DNA of 64,000 bases from Waddliaceae bacterium (GCA_963771045.1 CAVYRW010000001.1:2211-66210); one strand, 5' to 3'; shown: positions 11,394 to 21,588, counted from the stretch's first letter. Numbers and translations are program-made. The notes: generated by a model not told the origin, from the sequence alone.

Positions 11394-11801
11394 TTAAATG
11401 ATTAGACGCCTAATCCCATTTTTTAGAAGTTTTACATTGAAATTGATGAGCAAACCTCTGCCACCACCATTATGCTTAAGATAGGATAGAAGTTGGGCCT
11501 CATGAACAGGCAAGAAATTGGCCACAGATTTTATCTCCAAAATAACCTTATCTTCCACTATCATATCGATCCGGTAGCCTGAGTCTAGCTTTTTATCACG
11601 ATAAATAATAGGTACTGGTATCTGCCGGTTAACTTTCAAACCCGCAAGGTTCAACTCGTAGCAAAGACAAGTTTCGTATGTCGATTCAAGCAAGCCTGGA
11701 CCTAATCTTCGATGAACTTCAATCGCAGCACCTATGATTTCCCCTGTTAAAAGGTCATTTCTTTTTTGGTTGGCTTCTTCAGTTGTGTGGGTACTAGTCA
11801 T
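11394..11801 (-). CDS. GxxExxY protein (PD-(D/E)XK nuclease-like fold)
   Basis: LGPGLLESTY, RIDMIVEDKVILEIKSV and QLLSYLK motifs. Confidence 0.92.
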   Translation of the reverse strand: MTSTHTTEEANQKRNDLLTGEIIGAAIEVHRRLGPGLLESTYETCLCYELNLAGLKVNRQIPVPIIYRDKKLDSGYRIDMIVEDKVILEIKSVANFLPVHEAQLLSYLKHNGGGRGLLINFNVKLLKNGIRRLII

Positions 11802-11885
11802 CTTTTCTCCAAAAAGGGCGAATGCGAGCTTGCCGACAAATACCTAATACTCTAATTTTTAGTTGCAACAAATTGGAGGATCAAG

Positions 11886-12830
11886 ATGAAGGCAAAATAT
11901 CGCATTCGCAACTGGAACGACTATAACAAATCTCTTATTCAAAGGGGAAGCATAACTGTTTGGTTTTCTGAAGATGCTATCAATAAGTGGATGGCTCCAA
12001 AAGAAATAGGAAAAAAGGGGCGTCCAAAACTCTATTCTGATGACGCTATTCTCACCGCGCTCATTATTCGATCGGTTTTTCATCTTCCATTGAGAGCACT
12101 CGAAGGATTTTTGACATCTCTTGTTATGATTTTATCTGTTGGTTTATCGATTCCTTCTTATACTCAAATTTGTCGGAGAGCTAAGTTGTTGGGGCAAGAG
12201 TTGAAGAAACTTTCGAAAAAAAAAGTCACCAATATTGTAATCGATTCAACCGGTTTGAAAGTGTACGGAGAGGGTGAATGGAAAGTTAGGCAGCATGGAA
12301 TCAGTAAAAGGCGAACATGGAGAAAGCTCCATCTGGCAGTCTGCCCTGACTCTCACGAAATTATTTTCGAAATTCTTACTGAAAATAACGTTGCAGATTG
12401 TGAAGTGTATCCAAAACTTCTCGAGGTAATGCCAAAATCAGTTAAGCGCACATATGGAGATGGGGCTTATGATACTAAGCGATGCTATGCTGCAAATGTA
12501 GTTCACGGCTCAATTCCTATTATTCCACCCAATAGGAATGCTGTTTTTCGAGAAAACATATCTCCTTCTTGGAAGATGCGGAATATCAGTTTGCTGGAAA
12601 TTTCAGGTTTAGGAGGTGATGATGATGCAAGAAAATTATGGAAAAAGTTGAAAGGTTATCATCGTCGATCACTTGCAGAAACAGCCATGTTTAGATTTAA
12701 ACGATTCTTTGGAAATGATTTAAGAAGTAGAACTCTGGAAACCCAAAGGGCTGAATCAAGGGCAAAATGTGAAGCACTAAATATAATGACAAAGCTGGGA
12801 ATGCCTGAAAGTGAATTAATAGCAGCTTAA
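11886..12830 (+). CDS. IS903-type DDE transposase
   Basis: NW.DYNKSLIQRGSIT.W, IDSTGLKVYGEGEW, DGAYD and YHRRSLAETAMFRFK motifs. Confidence 0.95.
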   Translation: MKAKYRIRNWNDYNKSLIQRGSITVWFSEDAINKWMAPKEIGKKGRPKLYSDDAILTALIIRSVFHLPLRALEGFLTSLVMILSVGLSIPSYTQICRRAKLLGQELKKLSKKKVTNIVIDSTGLKVYGEGEWKVRQHGISKRRTWRKLHLAVCPDSHEIIFEILTENNVADCEVYPKLLEVMPKSVKRTYGDGAYDTKRCYAANVVHGSIPIIPPNRNAVFRENISPSWKMRNISLLEISGLGGDDDARKLWKKLKGYHRRSLAETAMFRFKRFFGNDLRSRTLETQRAESRAKCEALNIMTKLGMPESELIAA

Positions 12831-13085
12831 ATCAAATCTCTCATATTCTCTCTGTGCGCTCTTGTGAGCTCTGTGGTTAATTACGCAACAAAGCCCTGCA
12901 TCACATATAGTTCTGTAATATGGAAAAAGCATTGTTAAAGGGTTTGCCTTAAAATTTTAAATATTGATCTTAAGGATTCGCAAAATTAATATTGTTTAGA
13001 TCACCCCTTTGAAACAGTCAAATACGCTGCGATTTGGCAAAAAGGTTGGAATCAAATCAAGGAATTTCAAACCAAAATCTCACGC

Positions 13086-13733
13086 TTGACAGAACTTTAC
13101 AAAACAGAAGAAATATTCGTTCCTTATAACGATCTTATGACAAACCCCCCTCTTTGTATTCTGGCTGATATTATCAAATCAATTTATGGACCGGATGTCT
13201 ATCAAATCATTGGACAAGACAATTCCCTCTTCTCCAAATTGACCGGAATGGAAGATGATCTGTCCAATGATTTGATAAGCTGTTTTGATAGTTTCAATCG
13301 AGTAACTTTCCCAACACCTATATTAATCGGGATCGATAATCGTCATTTTCCTTATATCATCATTGTGGCCAAAGAAACGACCACAGGAAAAATACACCAT
13401 TATCTGCTAACTCAGCGAGAGGCTATAATTGAAGTGAATTTTTCCGATAATTCGTATAAGACTGTTCCTGGGTATGAATTAGTTTTGGTCTATAGTACCT
13501 ATACAATTGCAAAAATCGCCAAGATTATGACTGAAGTGAGAGAAGAAAAGCATTTAACACCCGGGTGGATATATTCAAATAAAGAGGATTTTGATGAATT
13601 TATTGAACTGCTCATGTACTCAAAAACGATGAAAAAGGATAAAGAACTGGTCCTCTGTTTTCCTAATCCTGATAAAAAAAGTTTTCTTCCTAATAAAGAA
13701 CGATGTGGTAATGGGAGGAGGAATCGGGATTGA
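13086..13733 (+). CDS. Hypothetical protein, probably the C-terminal remainder of the IS-disrupted F-box gene
   Basis: AT-rich ORF downstream of the IS on the same strand; joining it to the F-box part needs additional frameshifts. Confidence 0.5.
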   Translation: MTELYKTEEIFVPYNDLMTNPPLCILADIIKSIYGPDVYQIIGQDNSLFSKLTGMEDDLSNDLISCFDSFNRVTFPTPILIGIDNRHFPYIIIVAKETTTGKIHHYLLTQREAIIEVNFSDNSYKTVPGYELVLVYSTYTIAKIAKIMTEVREEKHLTPGWIYSNKEDFDEFIELLMYSKTMKKDKELVLCFPNPDKKSFLPNKERCGNGRRNRD

Positions 13734-14370
13734 GGATGAAGTGGGAGATCAGGTCGAGGTCGGCGAGGCCTCGGAAGCAGGCTAAAAGGCCGACGGCAAT
13801 TGCGCAGGCTCCCATTAACGTGTTGTAGTGCTTTTTCATTCTTCCTAATAGGCGGTGGGCCTGCATGGCAAAAAAGAGAGAGGGGGATGTCAATAGAGCA
13901 AACATCAATCCGTTGAAGAGGCCCACAAGCGCACTTGCCGACAGGGCGCATGCGGAAAATACGATCAAGGTTTGTCCGCAAGGAAGAAAAACGGTAAAAA
14001 ATCCAAAAAGAAACGTAGGCAGTTTTTGATCTTTTAAAATGAGAAGCGAAAGAGTTCGTTCCACCCCTTTCCATGAGCCGGGTTTTGGCAGTGGGAGATT
14101 AAATAACGCAAAAACGCCGGCGAGTAAAATCAGGATTCCGAAAATCACGCTAATGAGAGCTGAGATATTGTATTTTGACAGAAAAAGGTTCAGAACGGTT
14201 CCAAGGGCTCCGGCGGCAGCTGCCGCAAGTGAAAAGGAAAGGGTTCTTCCCAAAAAATACCATTTGCGATACCGGTGTTTGCCGATCATCATCACAAGAG
14301 GTCCGCACATTCCCATGCAATGGAGGTTGCCGAAGAGATAGATCGGCAGCATCATAAAAAACGTTGTCAT
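13690..14370 (-). CDS. TauE/SafE-like (DsbD_2) membrane protein
   Basis: HCMGMCGP and LPCG motifs; six TM segments. Confidence 0.85.
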   Translation of the reverse strand: MTTFFMMLPIYLFGNLHCMGMCGPLVMMIGKHRYRKWYFLGRTLSFSLAAAAAGALGTVLNLFLSKYNISALISVIFGILILLAGVFALFNLPLPKPGSWKGVERTLSLLILKDQKLPTFLFGFFTVFLPCGQTLIVFSACALSASALVGLFNGLMFALLTSPSLFFAMQAHRLLGRMKKHYNTLMGACAIAVGLLACFRGLADLDLISHFILNPDSSSHYHIVLY

Positions 14371-14513
14371 TTGCCCGCTCGCATGTGCTGAATCTTCGCT
14401 GCATCGAGGCCGGTAATTCCTGAGGTTCGGTGATAGGAGGCATAGGCGACGACCCCAATTGTAATCAGAAATAATGAAGGGACGATAAACATAAGTAAAT
14501 GTATGACTTTCAT
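14367..14513 (-). CDS. Small single-TM membrane protein
   Basis: Hydrophobic 48-aa ORF overlapping the start of the next gene by 4 nt. Confidence 0.45.
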   Translation of the reverse strand: MKVIHLLMFIVPSLFLITIGVVAYASYHRTSGITGLDAAKIQHMRAGK

Positions 14514-14607
14514 ATATTTAACAATAATCCAATGAGGTTTTTCACACAACTTTAGTTGCGATTTTCCGTCATATCGGTTACTAATTGAGTGAGCAGAGGT
14601 AATATAT

Positions 14608-17154
14608 ATGGCATTGGATCTTAAAATTCAAGTGGATATGCTGGCCGCTAAGATCAAGCACTATTTGATCACTCAGATAGGGCGCGTGAATGATCAGGCA
14701 AATGATGAGGAGTTCTACCGGGCCTTTGCCTACGCTCTTCGTGAAGAGATCATGATCAACTGGCTGGCAACCTACCAATCGATGGAAAAGAATGATCTGA
14801 GGACTCTTCACTACATGTCGATGGAGTACCTACCGGGACGTCTGTTTTCCAACAATATAGATAACATTGATGCTCATGAACTTGTGATTCATGTCATGCA
14901 AAGGCTGGGCCGAAATTATAAAACAATACTTTCCCATGAGCCAGACCCCGGTCTTGGCAATGGGGGTTTGGGGCGGCTGGCTTCCTGTTTTTTGGATTCC
15001 CTGGCCACTCACCATTATCCTGTTAAAGCCTATGGCCTCCGCTACCAGTACGGAATTTTTGAACAGCAAATCACACATGGAGAACAGATTGAAGCTCCCG
15101 ACTGCTGGCTTTTGAAAGAGTACCCCTGGGAATTTCGGCGGGACTTAAGAAAAGCGGCGATTAAATATGGGGGCAGAATTACCAAAACGCGCAATATTCA
15201 TGGGGATAAAATTTATGATCTGCACGATTACGATGAAGTCTGGGCCCTTCCCTATGATATTCCAATAGTCGGATACAGCAGCGAAGACAAGTTTTCCGTT
15301 CTTACCCTAAGGCTTTGGACGACAAAAGAGTCTCCCAGGAATTTCCAGCTCCAGCGCTATAACGCCGGCCGCCTCGACCAGGCCGCCGAAAATACCGCCC
15401 TTACCGATGTTCTTTACCCAAGCGATTGGCATGAGGCCGGCAAACGGACCCGCCTTAAGCAGGAGTTCCTTTTAGTTTCGGCTTCTCTTCAGGATATCGT
15501 CCGCAATTATTTGAAAAATCATAAGAATTTTCGTGAGTTTGCCGATAAAGTGGTCATTCAAATCAATGACACGCATCCCTCCCTAGTCATTGCGGAATTA
15601 ATCCGCATACTGATTCGGGATTACGATCTTCCCTGGAATACTGCAGTGGATATTACGAGAAAAGTGACGGGCTACACAAACCACACGATTTTAGGCGAGG
15701 CTCTTGAAAAATGGGAGCAGAACCTCATGGGCTATCTGCTGCCCAGACAGTTCAAAGTCATCGAAAGACTCAATCAGGAATTTTGCGATGATGTCAGAGT
15801 GAAGTTTCCCGGAGATGAAGAGAAAGTCAGACGGATGTCGATCGTTGAAGACGGCGAGGTAAGGATGGCGAATTTGGCTATCGTTGGCAGCCACAGCGTT
15901 AATGGAGTGGCCGAACTTCATACAAACATTCTTCGGACCAAAGTGTTTAAGGATTTTTACGATATTTTCCCAGAGAAATTCAATAATGTGACCAACGGCG
16001 TGACCCAAAGGCGGTGGCTTCATCACTGCAATCCTGAACTTGCTGATTTCCTGACTAAGCGAATCGGCGATGGGTGGATTACCGATTTCAGCCAGATTAA
16101 AAAAATCAAGGAATTTGCCGCCGATACCAAAAGCCAAGAGGAATTTTTGGGAATCAAGCGGAAAAACAAGGAGCGCTTAATCGACCTTCTGGAAGAGGAA
16201 AACGAGGTTCGTGCGGAGAAATTCCCTATTGTCGACCCAACATCCCTTTTCGATGTTCAGGTCAAGAGGATCCACGAATACAAACGGCAGCTGATGAATC
16301 TTTTACATGTCATCATGCTCTACAACGATATGCGTGGCAACCCTCAACACGGCAGGATAAAAAGAACATTTATTATATCAGGCAAAGCAGCGGCCAGTTA
16401 TGAAGCTGCCAAGTCGATAATACGTCTTGCGAATGCTATAGCGAGGCGCATCAATCGGGATACTGACTTGAAAGGGGCGTTAAAACTCATCTTTTTGGAA
16501 AACTACAATGTGACAAAAGCAGGCATCTTAATACCGTCGGCCGACTTGTCAGAGCAAATTTCGACTTCGGGAATGGAAGCTTCGGGAACAGGCAATATGA
16601 AACTGACCATGAACGGGGCTCTGACAATCGGGACAAGAGATGGAGCAAACATTGAAATGGAAGAGGAGATCACTCCCGAATGGTGGCCATTTGCGTTTGG
16701 AGCGACGGCTAAGGAGATCGAAGAAATGCGTCTCAAAAATGCGTATAACGCTTGGGACATTGTCACAAACCATGCCAAAATTCAAAAAGCTGTGGATATG
16801 CTTCGCGATCGGACGTTTGCCGAAAACGATCAGGAGCATGAGGCTTTTTCCGAGCTTTACCGCAGGCTGATCGAGGGAGAGTACGAACAGCATCCCGATG
16901 TGTTTTTTGTTCTCAAAGATCTCGAAGAGTATTACGAGATGCAAAAGAAGGTCGATAAGCTCTATTCACGTCCGCTCCATTGGGCTGAAATCTGTCTTCA
17001 TAACATCGGAGGCATGGGCAAATTTTCAACGGACAGATCCATCCAGGAGTATGCCAAAAAGATCTGGCACATTTCTCCCTTTGAGGTCGATCCTGACATT
17101 AAAGAGCGGGTGAGCAACGACTTCCGCGAGGCCGACCGCTGCCGCATCTATTGA
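14608..17154 (+). CDS. glgP: Glycogen phosphorylase
   Basis: GLGNGGLGRLA, INDTHP, KRIHEYKRQ and EASGTGNMK motifs. Confidence 0.97.
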   Translation: MALDLKIQVDMLAAKIKHYLITQIGRVNDQANDEEFYRAFAYALREEIMINWLATYQSMEKNDLRTLHYMSMEYLPGRLFSNNIDNIDAHELVIHVMQRLGRNYKTILSHEPDPGLGNGGLGRLASCFLDSLATHHYPVKAYGLRYQYGIFEQQITHGEQIEAPDCWLLKEYPWEFRRDLRKAAIKYGGRITKTRNIHGDKIYDLHDYDEVWALPYDIPIVGYSSEDKFSVLTLRLWTTKESPRNFQLQRYNAGRLDQAAENTALTDVLYPSDWHEAGKRTRLKQEFLLVSASLQDIVRNYLKNHKNFREFADKVVIQINDTHPSLVIAELIRILIRDYDLPWNTAVDITRKVTGYTNHTILGEALEKWEQNLMGYLLPRQFKVIERLNQEFCDDVRVKFPGDEEKVRRMSIVEDGEVRMANLAIVGSHSVNGVAELHTNILRTKVFKDFYDIFPEKFNNVTNGVTQRRWLHHCNPELADFLTKRIGDGWITDFSQIKKIKEFAADTKSQEEFLGIKRKNKERLIDLLEEENEVRAEKFPIVDPTSLFDVQVKRIHEYKRQLMNLLHVIMLYNDMRGNPQHGRIKRTFIISGKAAASYEAAKSIIRLANAIARRINRDTDLKGALKLIFLENYNVTKAGILIPSADLSEQISTSGMEASGTGNMKLTMNGALTIGTRDGANIEMEEEITPEWWPFAFGATAKEIEEMRLKNAYNAWDIVTNHAKIQKAVDMLRDRTFAENDQEHEAFSELYRRLIEGEYEQHPDVFFVLKDLEEYYEMQKKVDKLYSRPLHWAEICLHNIGGMGKFSTDRSIQEYAKKIWHISPFEVDPDIKERVSNDFREADRCRIY

Positions 17155-17173
17155 GGGTTTTAGAAATGATTGG

Positions 17174-17443
17174 TTATATAGACATCTGAATTGCTAAAAT
17201 CACTGAGGGGGGATGATTATCCCAATGGATAAGATAGGCCAGGATAAAAAATGTAACTTTCAAGCAAAAACCGGACTCCGTTCTTGCATGAATATATCTT
17301 GGCATCCGACTCACAATGCTACTGAAAACCGTTTCAATTTTATTTCTTTCTGAACAAAGCATTCTATTTGTCTCTTGAGAATATAGTAATAACTTGATTG
17401 ATCATGATTTCCTCCATCTGTAGCGCCCAGCCTCAGATTAGGT
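17174..17443 (-). mobile_element. Internally deleted IS982-family remnant
   Basis: C-terminal transposase peptide IETVFSSI..IHART..GF.LKV; shares end sequences with 21589-23648 and 52598-52785. Confidence 0.75.
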
Positions 17444-17446
17444 AAA

Positions 17447-17609
17447 ACCCTATCAACTTAAAGATTTAGGTTGTTTGACTCATCTTTTTCCGCCCGGCTT
17501 TGTGCTCGTGCTTGACAACTTGACAAGTTGCCTGCGCACTCCGCCCTTCGCCGAACGAAAAAATCTTAAGCGCAAACAATCCTAAATTTTAATGTTGACA
17601 GAGCACTAG
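17447..17609. repeat. About 160-bp CTAG-ended MITE, copy 1
   Basis: Near-identical to 54170-54329; imperfect terminal inverted repeats. Confidence 0.85.
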
Positions 17610-18275
17610 GACCAAAAAGAACAAAACTACAATAACTGGCACTACTCGACAACACTTATCTTCCCACTCTTGCTGACTGTTAAATTTCTCTATCTTTGAT
17701 ATGAGAATTTGATTAATTTTCCTTTCCATTTTGGGAAAAAACAAGCCTTCGATCATATCAAATTTAGGAAATTTCGGGATTGCTTTGAATTTATATTTTA
17801 TGGAGTTTATGGCGCGTATTCTCAATGGTTTTATGGTCGATTTACCACAACTGTTTATTTTACTAAGAGAATTAGGTAAGATGTTCTTGACCATTTTGCA
17901 ATGATCTTCAATATCAGTGCGACCGGTTCCATCCCCAATATAAATATCAATCAGAATATAGTTGTCAGCCGAACAGATAAAACGGCCATTTTGATCTTTT
18001 CGTATTCTATTGGCGAAAGTTTGTATCCTCTCGCAGATCTGCTTTTTGCTGCTGACTATGTGGTTTTTAAGATAACTTTTGTAGCTGCCTTTGAGAGTTA
18101 AGTTGCCAAAATGGGATCGAGCTATTAGTTTCCATATAAAGTTATCTTCGGCAAAAGTTTTCCAGACTTTGCTGACCCGGCAGCATCTCGCTAAGCCGCA
18201 GGGAGAACAATTCGATAAAATGAGAAGTGAAAGTTCTGCGGGTAATTGACTAAGAAAATCAGTTTGAATATCCAT
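17589..18275 (-). CDS. F-box domain protein with a C-terminal hydrophobic tail (candidate effector)
   Basis: FLSQLPAELSLLILS..SP..L..C.RVSK.WK..AED..IW N-terminus. Confidence 0.85.
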   Translation of the reverse strand: MDIQTDFLSQLPAELSLLILSNCSPCGLARCCRVSKVWKTFAEDNFIWKLIARSHFGNLTLKGSYKSYLKNHIVSSKKQICERIQTFANRIRKDQNGRFICSADNYILIDIYIGDGTGRTDIEDHCKMVKNILPNSLSKINSCGKSTIKPLRIRAINSIKYKFKAIPKFPKFDMIEGLFFPKMERKINQILISKIEKFNSQQEWEDKCCRVVPVIVVLFFLVLVLCQH

Positions 18276-18324
18276 TTATTATTAATGCCCGTTCGCTAAG
18301 GCTCGCTCAAGGCGCTGTAAGATC

Positions 18325-19137
18325 CTATTGAGCCGCTTCTTCATCTTTTTCCGGTAGAGTTCCAGTATAGATATGAGGATCGAAGAGCCCCCATTTTTCC
18401 AGAAAATCGTGATATGTGTTGTCTTCTTTCATTTTTTTGAGACCGTCATTAAAATTTTCAATTAAATTTTGTTCGGTGGGATTTTTAAGAGTCATCAGTC
18501 TGAGGCCGTGAAGTGTCAAGGGAGGGGGGACAATTTTGAGCTCTCCCTTGTAAAAGCTCTCGATATATTCATGAGCCGGCAGAGATTCAAGTATCACACC
18601 GTCGATATGTCCTTCGGCAAGACTTCGCAATGCGAAAAGAATATTTTCAAAAGGGGTGAAAATAATGTCGGGGATTTCATCAATATTATATATGACTGAA
18701 GCTCTCGTTTGTATTCCGACGACTTTTCCTTTCATATCATTGATCGTTTTTACATTCGAATCGTAAGGAACTACCAATACCGGCCCTAAATTAAAGAAAG
18801 AATCGGAAAAATTGTATGTTCTTTTCAGTTTTTCGGTCGGTGTCTCAAAAGTGATGATCGCATCGAACACCCCATTTTGCAATTGAGAGAGCATGCTATC
18901 ATGGGTAGAAGATTCGAGATCTATGTCAAAATTTTCCATATGGGCGATAGTGTAAAGAAGATCATCAGTAAACCCTAGCATATTTTTCTCTTTGCCCAGC
19001 AAATTCAGCGGATACCAGGATTTATCTCTGGCGATGACATAAACTTTCTCCTTTGATCCTCCTTTGCAGCCATTTGCAAGCAGAACAAGCAATAAAAGCC
19101 AGGCAAAAGAATGTACTGTGTTGATGATTTTCTGCAT
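18325..19137 (-). CDS. Polar amino-acid ABC transporter substrate-binding lipoprotein (SBP family 3)
   Basis: Lipobox LANGC; GF.DDL, FSDSFF and L..MKED.TY...L.KW motifs. Confidence 0.85.
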   Translation of the reverse strand: MQKIINTVHSFAWLLLLVLLANGCKGGSKEKVYVIARDKSWYPLNLLGKEKNMLGFTDDLLYTIAHMENFDIDLESSTHDSMLSQLQNGVFDAIITFETPTEKLKRTYNFSDSFFNLGPVLVVPYDSNVKTINDMKGKVVGIQTRASVIYNIDEIPDIIFTPFENILFALRSLAEGHIDGVILESLPAHEYIESFYKGELKIVPPPLTLHGLRLMTLKNPTEQNLIENFNDGLKKMKEDNTYHDFLEKWGLFDPHIYTGTLPEKDEEAAQ

Positions 19138-19314
19138 GAATTCATCATAGTAGGTTATGCGATTTTCTCCAACTTGATAATAACCAGGGGTTCTCAATTA
19201 ATTTTTGACAGTATTTTAAGCTATGTTTTAGCTTAAAAAACAAACTTGATTTTTATATGTATAAAATATAGAGTAAAAAATAGTCAGGATTGTAACTTAT
19301 AATTTAGGTTTTTA

Positions 19315-20616
19315 GTGTCCCATTCATTGATCCATTCCCATCCGAAAGCTGAAAAAGAGCTCGCTTACGTCGATATGGACAGGGTTGCCTGCGTTATCCT
19401 TGGCGGGGGGCAGGGAACCAGGCTTTATCCCTTGACCGAGACGAAGTGCAAACCTGCCATTTGGTTTGGCGGGCGTTACCGCCTGATTGATGTTCCCGTT
19501 TCAAATGCCGTGAATTCGGGCTGTTATAAGATCGCCATTCTCACTCAGTTTCTATCCTCGTCCCTTCATCGCCATATTTTACAAACTTATCACATGGATC
19601 AGTTTTCCTCTGGATTCATCGATGTGCTAGCCGCTGAACAGACCCCGACAAGCACCGAATGGTTTCAGGGAACAGCCGATGCGGTGAGGCAGAATTACCA
19701 TTCGCTGGTTGATATCGCGGCCGATTACTTTTTGATACTCTCCGGCGACCAGCTTTACAATATGGATTTTAGGAAAATGATCGTTTTTGCCGAAGATGTC
19801 GGCGCCGACCTTGTGATCGGAGCGATACCGGTCGACAAGGAGCAGGCCTCAAGAATGGGGATTCTTAAAATTGACGATGAGAAAAAAATCTATGATTTTG
19901 TCGAAAAGCCGAAAGATCCGAAAGTTTTGGATGAGTTTGTCTTGCCCGGATCGGGCGATTGTCTTGCCTCTATGGGAATCTATTGTTTTAAAAGGGACTT
20001 GTTGTTTTCGCTGCTCGATGAGCAAAAAGGAGTGGATTTCGGCAAACACCTCATCCCTCATCAGGTTAATCGGGGAGGCGTTTGGGCCTACCAGCACGAC
20101 GGCTATTGGGAAGATATCGGAACGATTAAATCCTTTTACGAGGCTAATATCGCTTTAACCGACCCTATGCCCAAATTTAATTGCTATGACGAGGTCAATC
20201 CCATATTTGCTCAGCAAACGCAGCTTCCCGGTCCGAAAATTTTTGATACAAAAATTACTCACTCAATAATTTGCGAGGGGGCTATAATTGAAGCCAAAGA
20301 GATCAAGCATTCGATCATCGGACCTAAAACCATTCTTAAGAAAGGGACTGTAATAGAATATAGTTACATTATGGGAAATGAGCAGTATCTGCCTCCGGTC
20401 AAGGATTCCCCGCACTATCCAAAAAGGATGGGGATCGGCGAAAATTGTGTGATTCGAAAAGCGATCATCGACAAAAATGTATACATGGGAAATGGAGTGA
20501 AACTCATTAACGAGAAAGGCATTGAGAACTACGATTCCGATAATCATCTCTACGTGCGCGACGGAGTTATCGTCGTGACCCGGGGCGCCTCTTTTCCAGA
20601 CGGGTTCACTTTTTAG
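19315..20616 (+). CDS. glgC: Glucose-1-phosphate adenylyltransferase
   Basis: GGGQGTRLYPLT, WFQGTADAVR, FVEKP, ASMGIY and GYWEDIGT motifs. Confidence 0.96.
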   Translation: MSHSLIHSHPKAEKELAYVDMDRVACVILGGGQGTRLYPLTETKCKPAIWFGGRYRLIDVPVSNAVNSGCYKIAILTQFLSSSLHRHILQTYHMDQFSSGFIDVLAAEQTPTSTEWFQGTADAVRQNYHSLVDIAADYFLILSGDQLYNMDFRKMIVFAEDVGADLVIGAIPVDKEQASRMGILKIDDEKKIYDFVEKPKDPKVLDEFVLPGSGDCLASMGIYCFKRDLLFSLLDEQKGVDFGKHLIPHQVNRGGVWAYQHDGYWEDIGTIKSFYEANIALTDPMPKFNCYDEVNPIFAQQTQLPGPKIFDTKITHSIICEGAIIEAKEIKHSIIGPKTILKKGTVIEYSYIMGNEQYLPPVKDSPHYPKRMGIGENCVIRKAIIDKNVYMGNGVKLINEKGIENYDSDNHLYVRDGVIVVTRGASFPDGFTF

Positions 20617-20619
20617 AAT

Positions 20620-21372
20620 ATGACTATTTGGGCAATCGGCGATCTGCACCTCTCATTCGGAGTGGCGGACAAAAAAATGGATGTTTTCGGCGCGCATTGG
20701 AAAGATCATGACGCTAAAATCCGCCATGCCTGGGAAGAGACGGTCCAGCCTGAAGACCTCGTTCTTCTGCCGGGCGATATTTCGTGGGCGATGAAGCCCG
20801 AGGAGGCCGTGCCCGATCTTGAATGGATAGACAGCCTTCCGGGAACGAAAGTGATGATCCGCGGTAATCATGATTACTGGTGGAGTTCGCAGAAAAAGCT
20901 TTTGGAAATCCTCCCCTCCTCTATTCATGCTGTCCACAATGATGCCTTTCAGTGGGAAGGTGTCGAAATCGGAGGCGTCCGCCTTTGGGATGCCGACTTT
21001 CACTTTAACGACTACATTGTCTTTCAGGAGAACCGCCGCGCCAACAAAGTCCTTCTTGAAAAGGGTAAAGACACTCAAGAAAACGAAAAGATTTACAATC
21101 GCGAGCTCATCCGCCTTCAGATGAGCCTCAAATGCTTTAAAGATCCCGGCGCGATCCGCATAGTGATGACTCACTATCCTCCGGTCGACGCTGAAATGAA
21201 TCCCTCTCCGGTTTCAGATATTCTCGAAGAAAACGATGTCTCTATTTGCGTTTTCGGCCATCTGCACAACGTTCGCTCGGGTTCGCTTCCTTTCGGAACA
21301 AGCCGCGGCGTCCGTTATATCTTAGCCTCCTGCGACTACCTTGACTTTAAGCCGGTTAGAGTACTAGGATAA
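20620..21372 (+). CDS. Calcineurin-like metallophosphoesterase
   Basis: DLH, GD, GNHD, HYPP and GHLH motifs. Confidence 0.9.
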   Translation: MTIWAIGDLHLSFGVADKKMDVFGAHWKDHDAKIRHAWEETVQPEDLVLLPGDISWAMKPEEAVPDLEWIDSLPGTKVMIRGNHDYWWSSQKKLLEILPSSIHAVHNDAFQWEGVEIGGVRLWDADFHFNDYIVFQENRRANKVLLEKGKDTQENEKIYNRELIRLQMSLKCFKDPGAIRIVMTHYPPVDAEMNPSPVSDILEENDVSICVFGHLHNVRSGSLPFGTSRGVRYILASCDYLDFKPVRVLG

Positions 21373-21450
21373 TGGACAAAAAAACTGTGTTCAATTTATA
21401 GAATTATCTTTACTATATTCGCGGCGGCAGGTTGGAACTCGTGATTGTAA

Positions 21451-21588
21451 CCTAATCATCTTCATATTATGGTTAAAGGACATTCACAAGCTCTTATCCA
21501 CATCAAATTTCGAGATATTCTTAGAAGCAGCAAATCAATCCGTGATGAATATGCATCCGTAAAACAAAAGCTCGCTGTTCATCTTTGA
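21451..21588 (+). pseudogene. GrpB-family protein fragment
   Basis: HLHIMVKG....IHIKFRDILR.....RDEYASVKQKLA resembles the GrpB C-terminus. Confidence 0.55.

Larger units (their letters stand above)
11332..12895 (+). mobile_element. IS5-family (IS903 group) element carrying a GxxExxY passenger gene
   Basis: Inverted ends GGCGTTGTTGCATAA and TTACGCAACAAAGCC; 9-bp TSD CTGCATCAC at 11323-11331 and 12896-12904. Confidence 0.92.
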
